Assembly (NCBI GenBank): GCA_014360015.1
Contig: JACIYJ010000003.1
Coordinates: 210,733 to 274,732, forward strand
DNA: 64,000 bases
DNA from: Candidatus Aminicenantes bacterium
GTDB taxonomy: Bacteria; Acidobacteriota; Aminicenantia; Aminicenantales; Saccharicenantaceae
Direction: 5' to 3'
Shown: piece by piece, positions 8,420 through 19,523 of the stretch
Numbering within the stretch: the first letter of the stretch is position 1
Layout: each line of letters begins with the position of its first letter
Position numbers and translations under genes: made by a program
Notes under the pieces: model-generated
What the model saw: the letters and a program-made list of their open reading frames with translations, nothing else
Databases searched by the model: none
What the model was told of the DNA's origin: nothing

Positions 8420-11055
8420 ACCTTCTCCATTTTATTGATTTCTTCCTTCAACTCGAAGATTATTTGAAGGGCCTGGAGGGGGGTCAGGTTCTCAGGCTCG
8501 AGCGATTGCAACCGTTCCTTAATCTCTTCAAGTTTCAATCTTTCCCTATCATCAGGAAATAGCCAGAGCTGGGAACGGTCCCGATTATTCAGATGATGAT
8601 AAGCGAAGCGCGGTTTTCCCTGTTCATCCAGTTCCAGCTTTTCCAGGTTGAATAAAATTTCTCTTGCTCGCTTGATGATCTCTTCCGGCAGACCGGCCAA
8701 CTTGGCCACCTGAAGTCCATAGCTTCGGTCTGAGGGACCGGGCCTGATTTTCCTGAGAAAGATGACCGTATCCTGCCACTCTTTTACCGCCACGTGGAAA
8801 TTTTTAATCCTGGGAAAATTTAGAGCCAGCTCGGTTAATTCATGATAGTGAGTAGCAAAAAGCGTCTTGGGTCTGATGTTTTCCAGCTGGTGGAGATATT
8901 CAGCCACTGCCCAGGCAATGCTCAAACCGTCAAAGGTGCTGGTTCCGCGACCGACTTCATCCAGCAGAATAAGGCTGCGGTCTGTGGCATTGTTCAGGAT
9001 GTTGGCGGTTTCCACCATCTCGACCATAAAGGTGGACTGTCCAGCCGTTAGATAATCGGTGGCCCCGACTCTGGTAAAGATACGGTCAATAAGGCCAATC
9101 CGGGCTTCGCGGGCCGGAACAAACGAACCCATCTGGGCCAGGATGCAGATCAGAGCTACCTGCCTGAGATAGGTTGACTTGCCACCCATGTTGGGACCGG
9201 TGATGATAATAATTTGATGATCATTTCGGTTAAGATAGGTATCATTGGGAATGAACGGCTCTTTCTGAACGACTTCCACCACCGGATGCCGTCCTTCAGA
9301 AATCGAAATGATATCACTTTCATCAACTACCGGTCGACAATAATTTCTCTGGTGAGCTAGTTCAGCCAGACCTAAAAGAACATCAAGAGTGGCTATATCC
9401 TGAGCAATCTGCTGAAGCCTTGAAACCTGACGATTTATTTCCTCTCTGACCTGAAGAAAGAGTTCATATTCCAGCTCGTTTATCCGAGCTTCAGCTTTGA
9501 GAATTTTGTCCTCATATTCTTTGAGCTCCGGGATGATGAATCTTTCACTGTTAACCAGGGTCTGCTTGCGCTCATAATTTTCAGGAACCAGATGGAGGTT
9601 AGGTTTGGTCACTTCAATGTAGTAACCAAAGACTTTGTTGTATCTGACTTTTAAGGAAGAAATCCCAGTTCTTTCTCGCTCTTTTCTCTCCAGCTGAGCG
9701 ATAAAACTCTTACCAGAATGACTGATCTTTCTGAGCTCATCCAGTTCCTGGTTAAAGCCTTCTTTAATCAAGCCGCCTTCCTGGAGCAAATAAGCTGGTT
9801 CATCCAGAATAGCCTGGTCAATCAACTGGGCCACATCCTGAGCATTATCCCAGCGGTTTTTAAGCTCAGAAAAATAAGATGCTGACAGATTTTTCAGCTG
9901 AGCTTCAATTTCAGGCAGTGGCCAGAGTGATTTTTTCAGGGCCACCAGATCTCTGGGGTTGGCCGCGGCTAAGGAAATCTTGGTGGCCAGCCTTTCCAAG
10001 TCAAGGATTTTCTTCAATTGATTCCTGATTTCCTGTCTGATGATGGGCTTATTAACCGCTTCCTGAACCGCTTCTTGTCTTCGAGCAATCTCCTGACAGT
10101 CCAGCAAAGGATGAAGCAACCAGTTCTTTAGCAGTCTGGCGCCCGGTGAAGTCAGAGTAAAATCAATTACTCCCAGCAATGATTCACTTACCTGACCATT
10201 GCGGAGATTTCTGATAAGTTCCAGATTCCGGATAGCTATCGAATCCAGAATCATCGTCTCCCGGGAATGGATAAAAGCCAGTTTCTTGATAAAAGCGACT
10301 GATTCGCGCCTGTTTCTTTTGAGATAATAAAGCAAGGCTCCGGCTGCTTCTACCGCCAGAGTCTTGTTCTGTAAACCGAAACCCTCAAGCGACATAACTT
10401 GAAAGTGTTCGGTCAACCAGCTATAGGCTTGTGAATAATCAAAGGACCAGGCTTCAACCTGGCTTAATGGCAACTCCAAAAAATCGCTTCCACTCAGAAG
10501 CTCTTTTATTCTTGACTCCTGACCATCAGGATAAATGATCTCTCGCGGTGAAAAGCGAAAGATTTCATCCAGTAAGACTTTCTTCTCAGCCAGCTCTCCT
10601 TCTAAGGCACTGATTTTTCCGGAAAATAGGTCGGCATAAGCCGCCCCCCATCTGTTCTCAGTCAAAATGACACTCAAAACGCCATAGCTTTCATCCCGGT
10701 CTCCGCTTTCGATTTCTACGGCTGTTCCTGGAGTCAGAACTTTGATTACCTCTCTTTTAACCACACCTTTAGCCTGTCTGGGATCTTCTACCTGTTCACA
10801 GATAGCCACCTTGTGACCGGCTTTAAGCAACCTGGCCAGATAAGAATTGACCGCATGATAAGGCACCCCGCACATGGGGACATTCTGCCTGGAAGTCAGG
10901 GCAATGCCCAGAAGAGAAGAACCAACATATGCATCTTCGTAGAACATCTCATAAAAATCCCCGAGCCGGAAAAGCAGGAGACAATCTCGGTGTTGAGCTT
11001 TAATCCGATGGTACTGTTCCATCATCGGCGTCAGAGAATCTTCTTTTCTATTCAT
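8353..11055 (-). CDS. mutS: DNA mismatch repair protein MutS
   Basis: 900 aa. N-terminus TPMMEQYHRIKAQH...LLFRLGDFYEMF, Walker A GPNMGGKST and STFMVEM motifs. Confidence 0.97.
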   Translation of the reverse strand: MNRKEDSLTPMMEQYHRIKAQHRDCLLLFRLGDFYEMFYEDAYVGSSLLGIALTSRQNVPMCGVPYHAVNSYLARLLKAGHKVAICEQVEDPRQAKGVVKREVIKVLTPGTAVEIESGDRDESYGVLSVILTENRWGAAYADLFSGKISALEGELAEKKVLLDEIFRFSPREIIYPDGQESRIKELLSGSDFLELPLSQVEAWSFDYSQAYSWLTEHFQVMSLEGFGLQNKTLAVEAAGALLYYLKRNRRESVAFIKKLAFIHSRETMILDSIAIRNLELIRNLRNGQVSESLLGVIDFTLTSPGARLLKNWLLHPLLDCQEIARRQEAVQEAVNKPIIRQEIRNQLKKILDLERLATKISLAAANPRDLVALKKSLWPLPEIEAQLKNLSASYFSELKNRWDNAQDVAQLIDQAILDEPAYLLQEGGLIKEGFNQELDELRKISHSGKSFIAQLERKERERTGISSLKVRYNKVFGYYIEVTKPNLHLVPENYERKQTLVNSERFIIPELKEYEDKILKAEARINELEYELFLQVREEINRQVSRLQQIAQDIATLDVLLGLAELAHQRNYCRPVVDESDIISISEGRHPVVEVVQKEPFIPNDTYLNRNDHQIIIITGPNMGGKSTYLRQVALICILAQMGSFVPAREARIGLIDRIFTRVGATDYLTAGQSTFMVEMVETANILNNATDRSLILLDEVGRGTSTFDGLSIAWAVAEYLHQLENIRPKTLFATHYHELTELALNFPRIKNFHVAVKEWQDTVIFLRKIRPGPSDRSYGLQVAKLAGLPEEIIKRAREILFNLEKLELDEQGKPRFAYHHLNNRDRSQLWLFPDDRERLKLEEIKERLQSLEPENLTPLQALQIIFELKEEINKMEKVQNSSDSSPKSKSSSSSSKSSL

Positions 11056-11204
11056 TTCTTTAGCCCCAGTTTAACTGATAAATTATCTACTTATATTATA
11101 ACTGTTTTCAACCCGACTTTTACCCTGGAATTCAACTTATCAATTGACAAGTACAGGGTTAAGTTTTAGTATAAAAAACTAAGAATAATTCAGGATTCAT
11201 CCAG

Positions 11205-11753
11205 ATGAACATACCAATGATTTTGACCATCACCAGGATGATCGCCATCCCGGTTCTGGTGGTAGTAATGCTCAGCCATTTTCCTGGCCAGGAAATCGTG
11301 GCTTTTGCTATCTTTATTTTTGCCTGTTTGACCGACATGCTTGACGGTTTCTGGGCCAGAAGAAAAAAGATGACCACAGTACTTGGTTCACTTCTCGACC
11401 CCTTAGCTGATAAACTGCTCATTGCCTCGGCCTTAATCTGCCTGGTGGAAAGTCATGTGGTAGCTTCCTGGATGGCCATAATCATCATCGGTCGAGAAAT
11501 TGCAGTCACTGGCTTCCGGGCAATTGCTTCATCCAGAGGCTATAATATTCCTGCCTCTGGCTGGGGCAAGCTCAAGATGATTATTGAAACCGTGACTGTG
11601 GCCATTCTCATCCTTGGACCCAACTATCTCGGAATTCTTTATCGGTTAGCCCATACAGTTGGACTCTGGTTGATTGTTTTTATGGCTTTATTTTCAGCTG
11701 CGGAATATTTCATCCGTTTTGGTCCTAAAGTCCTGTCTGAAACATCATCCTGA
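11205..11753 (+). CDS. pgsA: CDP-diacylglycerol--glycerol-3-phosphate 3-phosphatidyltransferase
   Basis: CDP-alcohol phosphatidyltransferase motif D-x2-DG-x2-AR...G-x3-D-x3-D (LTDMLDGFWARR...GSLLDPLADK), with multiple TM segments. Confidence 0.9.
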   Translation: MNIPMILTITRMIAIPVLVVVMLSHFPGQEIVAFAIFIFACLTDMLDGFWARRKKMTTVLGSLLDPLADKLLIASALICLVESHVVASWMAIIIIGREIAVTGFRAIASSRGYNIPASGWGKLKMIIETVTVAILILGPNYLGILYRLAHTVGLWLIVFMALFSAAEYFIRFGPKVLSETSS

Positions 11754-12671
11754 TTCAGTTTGCCTGTACTTTTCCAGAGAAGCCAGATCTTCAATGTTAT
11801 AAAGTGCTGGAATTTTTGCCCACTGACGGGAAATTCTTTTCAAAAGTCCGGTTAAAACTTTCCCCGGTCCAAGCTCAACTGCCTGATCAATCCCAAGTTC
11901 AGCCAGCTTCTGCATTGAAGGATACCAGAGTACCGGACTGGTAATCTGCCTGCTCAGAGACTCTTTCACTTCTTCAGCTGTTCTGATTTCACTGGCTGTC
12001 ACATTGGAAATGACCGGAAATTCCGGGTCCTTAAAGATTATTTTATCCAGGTCAGCTTTTAACCTGTCTGCGGCCGGCTTCATTAATACGGTGTGGAACG
12101 GACCGCTGACCTGAAGGAAAACCGAGCGCGGGGGCTTGATGATTGACAGGGCCTCTTCTACGGCATCTTTTTCCCCGGCAATCACGATTTGCTCTTCTGA
12201 ATTCCAATTTGCCACCTGGACCTGCCCACTCTTCACTGATTTTAGGGCTTCTTCAATCGCCCGGTAGTCAACCCCGATGACTGCAGCCATCGTCCCTGTT
12301 CCTGGAGCCACTGCTTCCAGCATATATTTGCCGCGGTTGGCCACCAGTTTCAACCCTTCTTCAAAAGTCAGGCTGCCAGCAGCTACCAGAGCCGAATATT
12401 CACCCAGACTGTGACCGGCGGCCAGGTCCGGTTTTATCCCCAGAAGACGATAAGTAATGTAGCTGACCGTGAGCAGTGCTGGCTGGGTATTGCTGGTAAG
12501 CCTGAGTTCTTCTTCCGGTCCTTCAAAACATAGCTTCGACAGACTGAAACCCAGGACTTCGTCAGCCATCTTAAAGATTTTTCTGGCTTCCTGACTTTTT
12601 TCGTAAAAATCTTTGCCCATACCTACATACTGTGAACCCTGTCCAGGAAAAAGGAATAATCTTTTTTTCAT
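11745..12671 (-). CDS. fabD: Malonyl-CoA:ACP transacylase
   Basis: FPGQGSQYVGMG N-terminus and the GHSLGEY active-site serine motif. Confidence 0.93.
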   Translation of the reverse strand: MKKRLFLFPGQGSQYVGMGKDFYEKSQEARKIFKMADEVLGFSLSKLCFEGPEEELRLTSNTQPALLTVSYITYRLLGIKPDLAAGHSLGEYSALVAAGSLTFEEGLKLVANRGKYMLEAVAPGTGTMAAVIGVDYRAIEEALKSVKSGQVQVANWNSEEQIVIAGEKDAVEEALSIIKPPRSVFLQVSGPFHTVLMKPAADRLKADLDKIIFKDPEFPVISNVTASEIRTAEEVKESLSRQITSPVLWYPSMQKLAELGIDQAVELGPGKVLTGLLKRISRQWAKIPALYNIEDLASLEKYRQTESG

Positions 12672-13372
12672 CTATCCTCCTTTCCCTGAGCTTTTTTCAG
12701 ACAGTCAAAATAGATGAGTATTTCAGCTCGCTGTCTGAGTTCCTGAGTCCATTCATTGATTTGCTGCACCATTTTCTGATTTTGCAGCCGGGCTTCGATT
12801 TCATCAAGAACATTGACCAGCTCGCCAGGCGTTCTGCCTCTGGCTGTTTCTTCAGGCACATAAACCCTCTGATAATAATCTTCGATTTCCTTTAAAGAGA
12901 TGTAAAACTTCTGGTTGAATCTGGAGCCGATTATTTTCTCAAAAAGAAGCTTGCTCTTGAGATATGGGATAAGGTCAGCTTCTTTCAGTCCCAGAGACTG
13001 ACATTTTTCTTCAAAGAGACTGCTCCCCAGCTGGTTTTTCAGCCGAACAAGTTCTTTTTCTATCTCTTCTCTGCTCACATTTATCTGTTCCTTAGCCAGT
13101 TCCAGCACCAGAAGCTGGTCTATGTATCTGTTGACCATTTCTTCCTTTGATTGATAGACATCTGGCCCAAAACCGGACAGCAACCGAAAAGATTCGATGA
13201 CTCTGAGGTCAAAAAGTGAGACTGGAACGCTGTCAACCACCGCCACCAGACAATTTACCAGCTCCTGACCTGAAGCCAGGCTGAAGAAGGAAATCAGGAA
13301 TAACAGCAAAACCAGCGTCCTGAAGTTAAAACCGTTTTGGTCTTGCCTGTTTTTATCCATAATACACAACAC
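12668..13372 (-). CDS. SurA N-terminal-domain-like periplasmic chaperone
   Basis: Signal anchor followed by LVAVVDSVPVSLFDL, typical of the SurA_N domain. No PPIase domain. Overlaps fabD by 4 nt and abuts bamA. Confidence 0.55.
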   Translation of the reverse strand: MLCIMDKNRQDQNGFNFRTLVLLLFLISFFSLASGQELVNCLVAVVDSVPVSLFDLRVIESFRLLSGFGPDVYQSKEEMVNRYIDQLLVLELAKEQINVSREEIEKELVRLKNQLGSSLFEEKCQSLGLKEADLIPYLKSKLLFEKIIGSRFNQKFYISLKEIEDYYQRVYVPEETARGRTPGELVNVLDEIEARLQNQKMVQQINEWTQELRQRAEILIYFDCLKKAQGKEDR

Positions 13373-16090
13373 CTAAAACATATTGCCTATGGTCAAAAAG
13401 AAAAGAGGTTTCCATCTTCTCTGCGAAGGGTTTAAATTCCAGCCCATATCGAACCTGACCGGGCCAAGAGGAGTCCTGTAGCGCAAACCCAATCCAACCG
13501 CCTGACTCAAATCCAGAAAATTAAAATCCTTTATTTCCGGATAGACATTGCCCACATCGTAAAAAATAGCCCCGTAAAGGTCTGGCAATTTTTTTAACAG
13601 CAGGAATTTGGTTTCCATGTTCAGCAGGAAGACGGCTTTTCCGCCGAGGGGCAGACCCGACTCTGAATCCTTTGGCCCGAGCCTCTCAAAACCCTCTCCC
13701 CGGAAAGAATTACTACCGCCGGCGAAAAATCTCTCGGGTATCGGCACCGTGCCGGAAGCCAGCCCCAGTCTCAAGGTGGTATAAAAATTGATATTGGTAG
13801 CCAATGGATAAAAATACTGGAATTTAGCAAAGAGCTTAATGAAATTTGATTCTGTATGCAGTAAAGGATATGCCCTTTCTAAAGCCAGGCTGAAAAAGTA
13901 ACCATTCTGAGGATTGAAAGTATCATCTCTTCTATCCTGAATAAAAGTGGCTGAACCGTAAGCAATAGAATAAGGCAGTCGTTCTCTTTCTATTTCTGAT
14001 TCAGAAATTTCCAGGTTGGTCAATTTTGTCCTCAGGGCCCCAGCGGCTAGAAGCAGAGCAAAATTGGCCGGCAGGTTTCTCATGGTGGACAGACTGAATC
14101 CCCGACGTTCATAGCTGAAACTGGTCCGGTCTTCCTTTTCTAAGTAACCACTGAAATAAGTCCGCATTTTCAAACCAAAAATGTATGGTTGCTGCCAAGT
14201 AGCTACCAGTCTTTTCTCCACCAGGCTGAGCTGACCGACAAAACTGAGCTGAGAAGCATTCCGGAAAAGATTATATCTGATATATTCAGCTGTAATTCGA
14301 GGCCTGAGATCGTTTTCCCAGAGAGCTATCGACCGGGCTTCTTCTCTCGTCTCCACCCCGAGTCCGAGGCTGGCAAAGTTCTGCTCTCCTTCTCTCACCT
14401 GAATCGAAAGGTTGACAGAATTCTCGGTGGAAGGCAGCTCTTCCAGTTTGACTTCAGAAAATACTCCCAGGCTGTCGAGGCCTCTTTTAGTCTCAAGCAG
14501 CCGGTTATACTCAGCCCAGTCTCCCGCCTTCAGTCTTATTTCCCTGAGAATGATTTTCCTATCAGTAAGATGATTCCCGCTGATAAAGATATTATCAACC
14601 TTCATCCGCCGGCCTTCACTGATTCTGATAACCACATCAAAATTATTTTCTCTATCAGGTACAGCCTCAACACTGACCTGTGTTCCCCGGAATCCTTTAT
14701 TCAAGTAAATAAGATTAATTTTTTCGAGATCTCGCTGTAAAGTCGGCTTATAATAAGCCTTTCCGGGACGACTATCAAGCTGACTGATGATTTCAGCGGG
14801 TGAGATGGTGGTCGCCCCCTGAATTTCAAGACTTCTGATAATCTGACGAGGCCCTTCCTCTATGTAGATGACCGGAGTCACCGAGCCGTCCTTCCTGACG
14901 AAATTCAGATCAACCTTAGCTTGAGAAAAGCCCTGTTCTTCGTAGAACAATCTTATTCTTTCAGGTAAATCATAAATTTCCTGACCATCCAGGTAAGGCA
15001 GAAACAGGAATTTCTCGCCTATTCCGAGAGTTTTTTTCAAATATTTAGCTGAAAAGGTGACGTTCCCCTTAAATTCGATTTCTTTAATTTTAAGTCTGGC
15101 TCCCTTATGAACTTCATAAATCACCTGAAGTTCATTTTCGCTTCTTTTTATCTTCGGTCTGACTGTGGCAAAAATATATCCTTTTTTTCTCAGGTGTTTG
15201 AGCAAAATGGCTTCGCCTTCAGACAAAGCCCATTCTTCAAACACCTTCTGTTCCCAGACTGGTTGAAGCAGTTTGGGAGAAATATTGGCTCCGGTTATCT
15301 CAATGTCGATTTTGACCGAAGGGTCGAGGCTGACCGTTAAATCTACCACACCTTTCTCTGGCTCAAACTTTTCCTGTGATAATCTGACTTCAGCCCACTG
15401 ATAGCCGAGCTTATTATAAGCCTTTTTAATCTCGGCCAGGCCCCTGACCAGCTTTTTGGGAACATAGTAATCTCCGGGGTTCAGACCAAGAAGTTTTCGC
15501 AATCGGTCTTCGGGTAATATATTCTTTCCTTCAAAAACAAGCTGGCGGATGGTCAATCTTTTCCAGCCTGGCAGTCTGATTTCAACATCAGCCAGGTTAG
15601 AGTTTTCAACTTTTCTCGTTTCAAATTTAACCTGCGGCGAGAACAAACCTTCGTCCCTGAGAATTTGCTCGATTTCTTGAATGGCTTTGTCTCTGGTGGA
15701 TTCAGAAAGAATACTGCCTTTTTTTAAAAAAACAAGTTCTGAGCTGATGCGCCGGCTAATATTCCGAGGAGCAGAAATCTTGATATTTCGGATGAAGATA
15801 TTCCTGGTTAGATTAAAAGTCAGTTCCGGATTGGGCCCTTCAGTCCGGTAAATCTCTGCCTTGGAAAAAAAACCTGTTCGCATCAGCTGCTTAAGGGTCT
15901 GGTCAAGACGAAAATCAGAATAAGGGTCTCCCGGTTTCAGTCCGATTAAGCTGTTGACAGTTTCGTCTCCAGGCTGTCCATCAACCAGAACAGTTATCTT
16001 GCTTATGACCAGATCGTTTCTCGCTGAAAAGGCCGAGCTGGTCAGAATAAAGACCAACAAAAATAGCCTCAACCAGCCCGTCCTTCTCAT
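13373..16090 (-). CDS. bamA: Outer membrane protein assembly factor BamA (Omp85)
   Basis: 905 aa. Signal peptide, repeated POTRA-like units, and a C-terminal beta-barrel ending ..LTIGNMF. Confidence 0.9.
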   Translation of the reverse strand: MRRTGWLRLFLLVFILTSSAFSARNDLVISKITVLVDGQPGDETVNSLIGLKPGDPYSDFRLDQTLKQLMRTGFFSKAEIYRTEGPNPELTFNLTRNIFIRNIKISAPRNISRRISSELVFLKKGSILSESTRDKAIQEIEQILRDEGLFSPQVKFETRKVENSNLADVEIRLPGWKRLTIRQLVFEGKNILPEDRLRKLLGLNPGDYYVPKKLVRGLAEIKKAYNKLGYQWAEVRLSQEKFEPEKGVVDLTVSLDPSVKIDIEITGANISPKLLQPVWEQKVFEEWALSEGEAILLKHLRKKGYIFATVRPKIKRSENELQVIYEVHKGARLKIKEIEFKGNVTFSAKYLKKTLGIGEKFLFLPYLDGQEIYDLPERIRLFYEEQGFSQAKVDLNFVRKDGSVTPVIYIEEGPRQIIRSLEIQGATTISPAEIISQLDSRPGKAYYKPTLQRDLEKINLIYLNKGFRGTQVSVEAVPDRENNFDVVIRISEGRRMKVDNIFISGNHLTDRKIILREIRLKAGDWAEYNRLLETKRGLDSLGVFSEVKLEELPSTENSVNLSIQVREGEQNFASLGLGVETREEARSIALWENDLRPRITAEYIRYNLFRNASQLSFVGQLSLVEKRLVATWQQPYIFGLKMRTYFSGYLEKEDRTSFSYERRGFSLSTMRNLPANFALLLAAGALRTKLTNLEISESEIERERLPYSIAYGSATFIQDRRDDTFNPQNGYFFSLALERAYPLLHTESNFIKLFAKFQYFYPLATNINFYTTLRLGLASGTVPIPERFFAGGSNSFRGEGFERLGPKDSESGLPLGGKAVFLLNMETKFLLLKKLPDLYGAIFYDVGNVYPEIKDFNFLDLSQAVGLGLRYRTPLGPVRFDMGWNLNPSQRRWKPLFFLTIGNMF

Positions 16091-19000
16091 TTAGAACCTT
16101 CTCCTTAACTTAAAGTCGAAGCTTACCCGTCCGACCTCATTCCTGATCGCCACCAGAGATAATCCCCCGGATAGTTCCCACTCTAATCTGATGATTTCTT
16201 CCCTCTGGGTAGCCAAGTTGGTTGAATAAAGGATGAAAAAATTCTTAGACAGCCTTTTGCCAACAGTCAGCCTGGCGGTGATTTCAGAAGTTGAACCCAT
16301 GATAAAAGGATCCAGTCGGAATCGATCCAGGCTGAACAAATTCTCCGATTTCCTGGCCAGCTGATAAGAAATCAAAGACGCTGTGCTCATCTGCGTGGGG
16401 TCGAGAGAATATCTTCTCTGATAAGATTCACCCAGCGCCAGTAGGGCCAGGATTTCTTCCGATGGCAGCGGTGGAGAGGAAGAAAACTCCGGTTTCAGGC
16501 TGCTGACCAGCCCGGTCAAGCTAAAAAGCACATGATAATCCTTGATGTAAGCTTCACCCTGAAAATCAAGATATGGATCAATAACCAGCGGGTTGAAAAA
16601 GCTCAGCCGACCCCTTAAGACTTTAAAATCCCGGTCCTGAAAATAAACGGTCCCAGAAAGCGCCTCAATTTCACCTGTGATTATTGGATTGCTGACTGTC
16701 CCGGAAATGGTCAGGTCCAATCTGGCTCTTATCCGGCCTAAGGAGTTTTCCATCCAGACATTATCGCGGGCTCTGAGCCTCAGGTTCAGATTGAGGTCAT
16801 CTATCCACCTTTTCTTGTTTTCTTCTGTATAAGGTTGAGAAGAAAAGGAGAGCTTTTCCCAGAACTCCTTTTTCCAGATGACTTCTTTTAGAGCAAAATC
16901 TCCTTCTAAAACTGTCCTCGAACCCTGTTTTAAGAACCTCAGACTCCCATCAGCTACCGAACGGGTTCTTTCAAAAACAGATAGCTGCATGTTTTTTCCT
17001 TCCAGCCGAACCTCGGCTTTTTCCAGCCCCTTTTCACCAAAATTAAGCTCTCCAGAGCCTTGGACTGGCCCACCACCGAGCAATCCCTGAAAAGACCTAA
17101 TGGAAACCTGACGGTTTTTGAAAAAGGCTAACCCGGAAAAATCAGTTAGCGCATGAGCAAAACCCGGAATCGGCAGAAGGCTGCCTTTTACTTCGATTGC
17201 TCCGCTCAGTTCTGGAGAAGACGTCGGCCCCTGGAAGCTTAGGAGATAATCAACTGTGCCGTTGGCTCCTTTCCAGGGAAGAAGAAAATCTAAGTTGTTC
17301 AGCTGGCCTCGAACTTCGCCTGAAATAAAATCGCGGTCAAGGGGAATTTCGAGCCTGGCTTCATAGTAACTATTGCCAGGAAAAAGTTTGCCTTTGATTT
17401 CCAGACTCAAGTTATTGTTTAGGAAATTGAGACTGTACTCACCGACAGAGCCTGAAGCTTTAAGAAAATAAAGACCAAATTTTTCTATGGAAAAATTTCC
17501 ATGCGGCCGGCCCTGACCAAAGATTCCCCGTCCCCGAAGGTCTATGTCCAGAATACCAGAAAAAGAAGGTGAAAAGGGCTGAAGCTCGACCTTAGTTGCT
17601 TTTAAATCAAAATCATAGCTATTATCCATTAATCCCAGAGCCAGCCGACCCGAAACTTCTCCCCCATTCAGGTTAAATTTTAACTCTGGAAAGCTTAGGT
17701 CTTCTTCCTTCCAGCTGAGTTTTCCCCGGACCTTTTCAATCCGGCTGCCGAGGAAGAAAAGTTCATCTGCCGCAAAATCTCCTTCCACCGTGACCTTATC
17801 TTTGACTATCAGGTAAAGAAATTCACCTGAAGCCAGACCTTTCAACGGAAAGCTAAGGTTTAGGGAAGAGAGAATGGACTCTACTATTCCTCTTTCCAGA
17901 GAAATCCTGGTTTCAGATTTTTCTCCATCTATTTTAAGATTAATTTCACCCTGGATATTTCTATCGACCACATACACTTTTCCCTCAACCCGACCAGCTT
18001 CCACTCTGACCTCTCCTCTGGCTGTGGTGACATCAAACCTTTCAAAACCGGCTGGAGAACAAGAAAAATCAAAGCTCAAATCAGGGCGGCGATAGTCACC
18101 CTTAATATAAATGCTGGCTCTACCGGCACCCCTGATTTCCGGAAAATCAAAATTAATATTCAGAATTTTCTGGGTAAATTCCCGAGCTGCTTTGATATCC
18201 AGAAATTGTCCACGGACAGACAAATCAAGCAGTTTGTCTATAACCACCTGTCCTTCCAGGTTTATCCGACCGAAAGAGGTCTCTAAGTCCTTAGTCTGGA
18301 TTCTAAGGTCTTTCTGAGGGATGTTCAGAGATAACTGAACCTGGCCGTTGAAAGAGTGTCGGCCCTTAACCTGACCCCTGTCCACAGAATCCCGAAACTC
18401 AGCTGAAACTTCGAGCTGGCCATGGCTTAGAGAAAAATTGCCCCAGGCTGGAGAGGCCACCGGCCAGGGCACTGATACATATCTCATTATCGGGTCCAGA
18501 TGAAAACCGGACATCTGACCTTCCACCTTGCCTGAGCCAAAAGTTATGATTACCTTCTCCACCGGCTTCTGGTAGTTCTTAATCTCAGCCAGAACCCGGC
18601 CACCCCTCTCCTTCTCCACCAGAACCTGACCCTCAACTGAGCCGAGATAGACCTGATTCAAGCTGAAATCCTTAGTGGTATAATTAGCTTTTATTATCAG
18701 GTTTCCGCTGCTATTACTGATGGTGGCTTCGCCTGAGGTTTTTCCTTTCCAGTCAAAGGGGAGGTTAAAGGCGCTCATTATGAATTGAGTGTCCAGGTTA
18801 AACACAGCTCTTAAGTCAACCTTTGTGGTCTCTAAGCTGGACAATTTTCCTTCAACTCTGACTGCTAAATTTTCTCCCTGAATCACTAAACGGTTGAGGT
18901 TGACCGTTCGCCCTCTGGTAGTTATAAGAGTTTCCAGCTCACCTTCCAGAACCTCAGTCGAAGAATACGGTCTGACCCTGGCCCGAGCTGACCTCAACAG

Positions 19001-19489
19001 AAGATTCAACCGCTGAGAATCCAGGCTGAAAAAAGCCGAGACCCGTTCCAGCTCAAAAGTCCCCTGATTGATGTCGACCGAAAATCTGCCGTTGTTTATA
19101 TAACCGCTATCGATCACAAAGGGCAAATCAAAAGGTAGGCCGGTCTTACGGGCTGTGGATTTCGAAGCCTTATCCTTATAGACCAGTACCGGGTGGTCAA
19201 CTTCCACAGTCACTGGCTTTTCTCTTCTAAAGAGCGAGAGAAAAGACAGTGATATCCTTAAACTATCAACCGAAAAGCGAGGATTATCCGACCTGGAGCG
19301 CATATTTTTTACGATCAGGGTTGGCGGCAGATAGGAGAGTTTAAGTTCTGAGACTTCAAAGGCTTGATTCAACCTTTTGCCAAGCTGTTTTAAGAAAATG
19401 CTCTTGGCAAAAGACAGGGCCGCATAAAGAAAAGCCATGACCAGAAGGAAAGCAATCAGGCCTTTTCTTTTTTTCCAGAAGTTCATCAA
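16091..19489 (-). CDS. tamB: TamB-like translocation and assembly module protein (DUF490 C-terminus)
   Basis: 1132 aa. N-terminal signal anchor, a long beta-rich body and a DUF490-like C-terminus. Directly abuts bamA. Confidence 0.8.
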   Translation of the reverse strand: MMNFWKKRKGLIAFLLVMAFLYAALSFAKSIFLKQLGKRLNQAFEVSELKLSYLPPTLIVKNMRSRSDNPRFSVDSLRISLSFLSLFRREKPVTVEVDHPVLVYKDKASKSTARKTGLPFDLPFVIDSGYINNGRFSVDINQGTFELERVSAFFSLDSQRLNLLLRSARARVRPYSSTEVLEGELETLITTRGRTVNLNRLVIQGENLAVRVEGKLSSLETTKVDLRAVFNLDTQFIMSAFNLPFDWKGKTSGEATISNSSGNLIIKANYTTKDFSLNQVYLGSVEGQVLVEKERGGRVLAEIKNYQKPVEKVIITFGSGKVEGQMSGFHLDPIMRYVSVPWPVASPAWGNFSLSHGQLEVSAEFRDSVDRGQVKGRHSFNGQVQLSLNIPQKDLRIQTKDLETSFGRINLEGQVVIDKLLDLSVRGQFLDIKAAREFTQKILNINFDFPEIRGAGRASIYIKGDYRRPDLSFDFSCSPAGFERFDVTTARGEVRVEAGRVEGKVYVVDRNIQGEINLKIDGEKSETRISLERGIVESILSSLNLSFPLKGLASGEFLYLIVKDKVTVEGDFAADELFFLGSRIEKVRGKLSWKEEDLSFPELKFNLNGGEVSGRLALGLMDNSYDFDLKATKVELQPFSPSFSGILDIDLRGRGIFGQGRPHGNFSIEKFGLYFLKASGSVGEYSLNFLNNNLSLEIKGKLFPGNSYYEARLEIPLDRDFISGEVRGQLNNLDFLLPWKGANGTVDYLLSFQGPTSSPELSGAIEVKGSLLPIPGFAHALTDFSGLAFFKNRQVSIRSFQGLLGGGPVQGSGELNFGEKGLEKAEVRLEGKNMQLSVFERTRSVADGSLRFLKQGSRTVLEGDFALKEVIWKKEFWEKLSFSSQPYTEENKKRWIDDLNLNLRLRARDNVWMENSLGRIRARLDLTISGTVSNPIITGEIEALSGTVYFQDRDFKVLRGRLSFFNPLVIDPYLDFQGEAYIKDYHVLFSLTGLVSSLKPEFSSSPPLPSEEILALLALGESYQRRYSLDPTQMSTASLISYQLARKSENLFSLDRFRLDPFIMGSTSEITARLTVGKRLSKNFFILYSTNLATQREEIIRLEWELSGGLSLVAIRNEVGRVSFDFKLRRRF

Positions 19490-19523
19490 TTTAACTCGTT
19501 AAATTTTTTAACCTATCTCAATC

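Noticed and set aside
14189-14740. 183 aa plus-strand ORF inside bamA, with similar ORFs inside tamB, lacZ, the S9 peptidase and the serine hydrolase
   Set aside because: They are antisense to well-supported genes. They have no SD and no recognisable domains.
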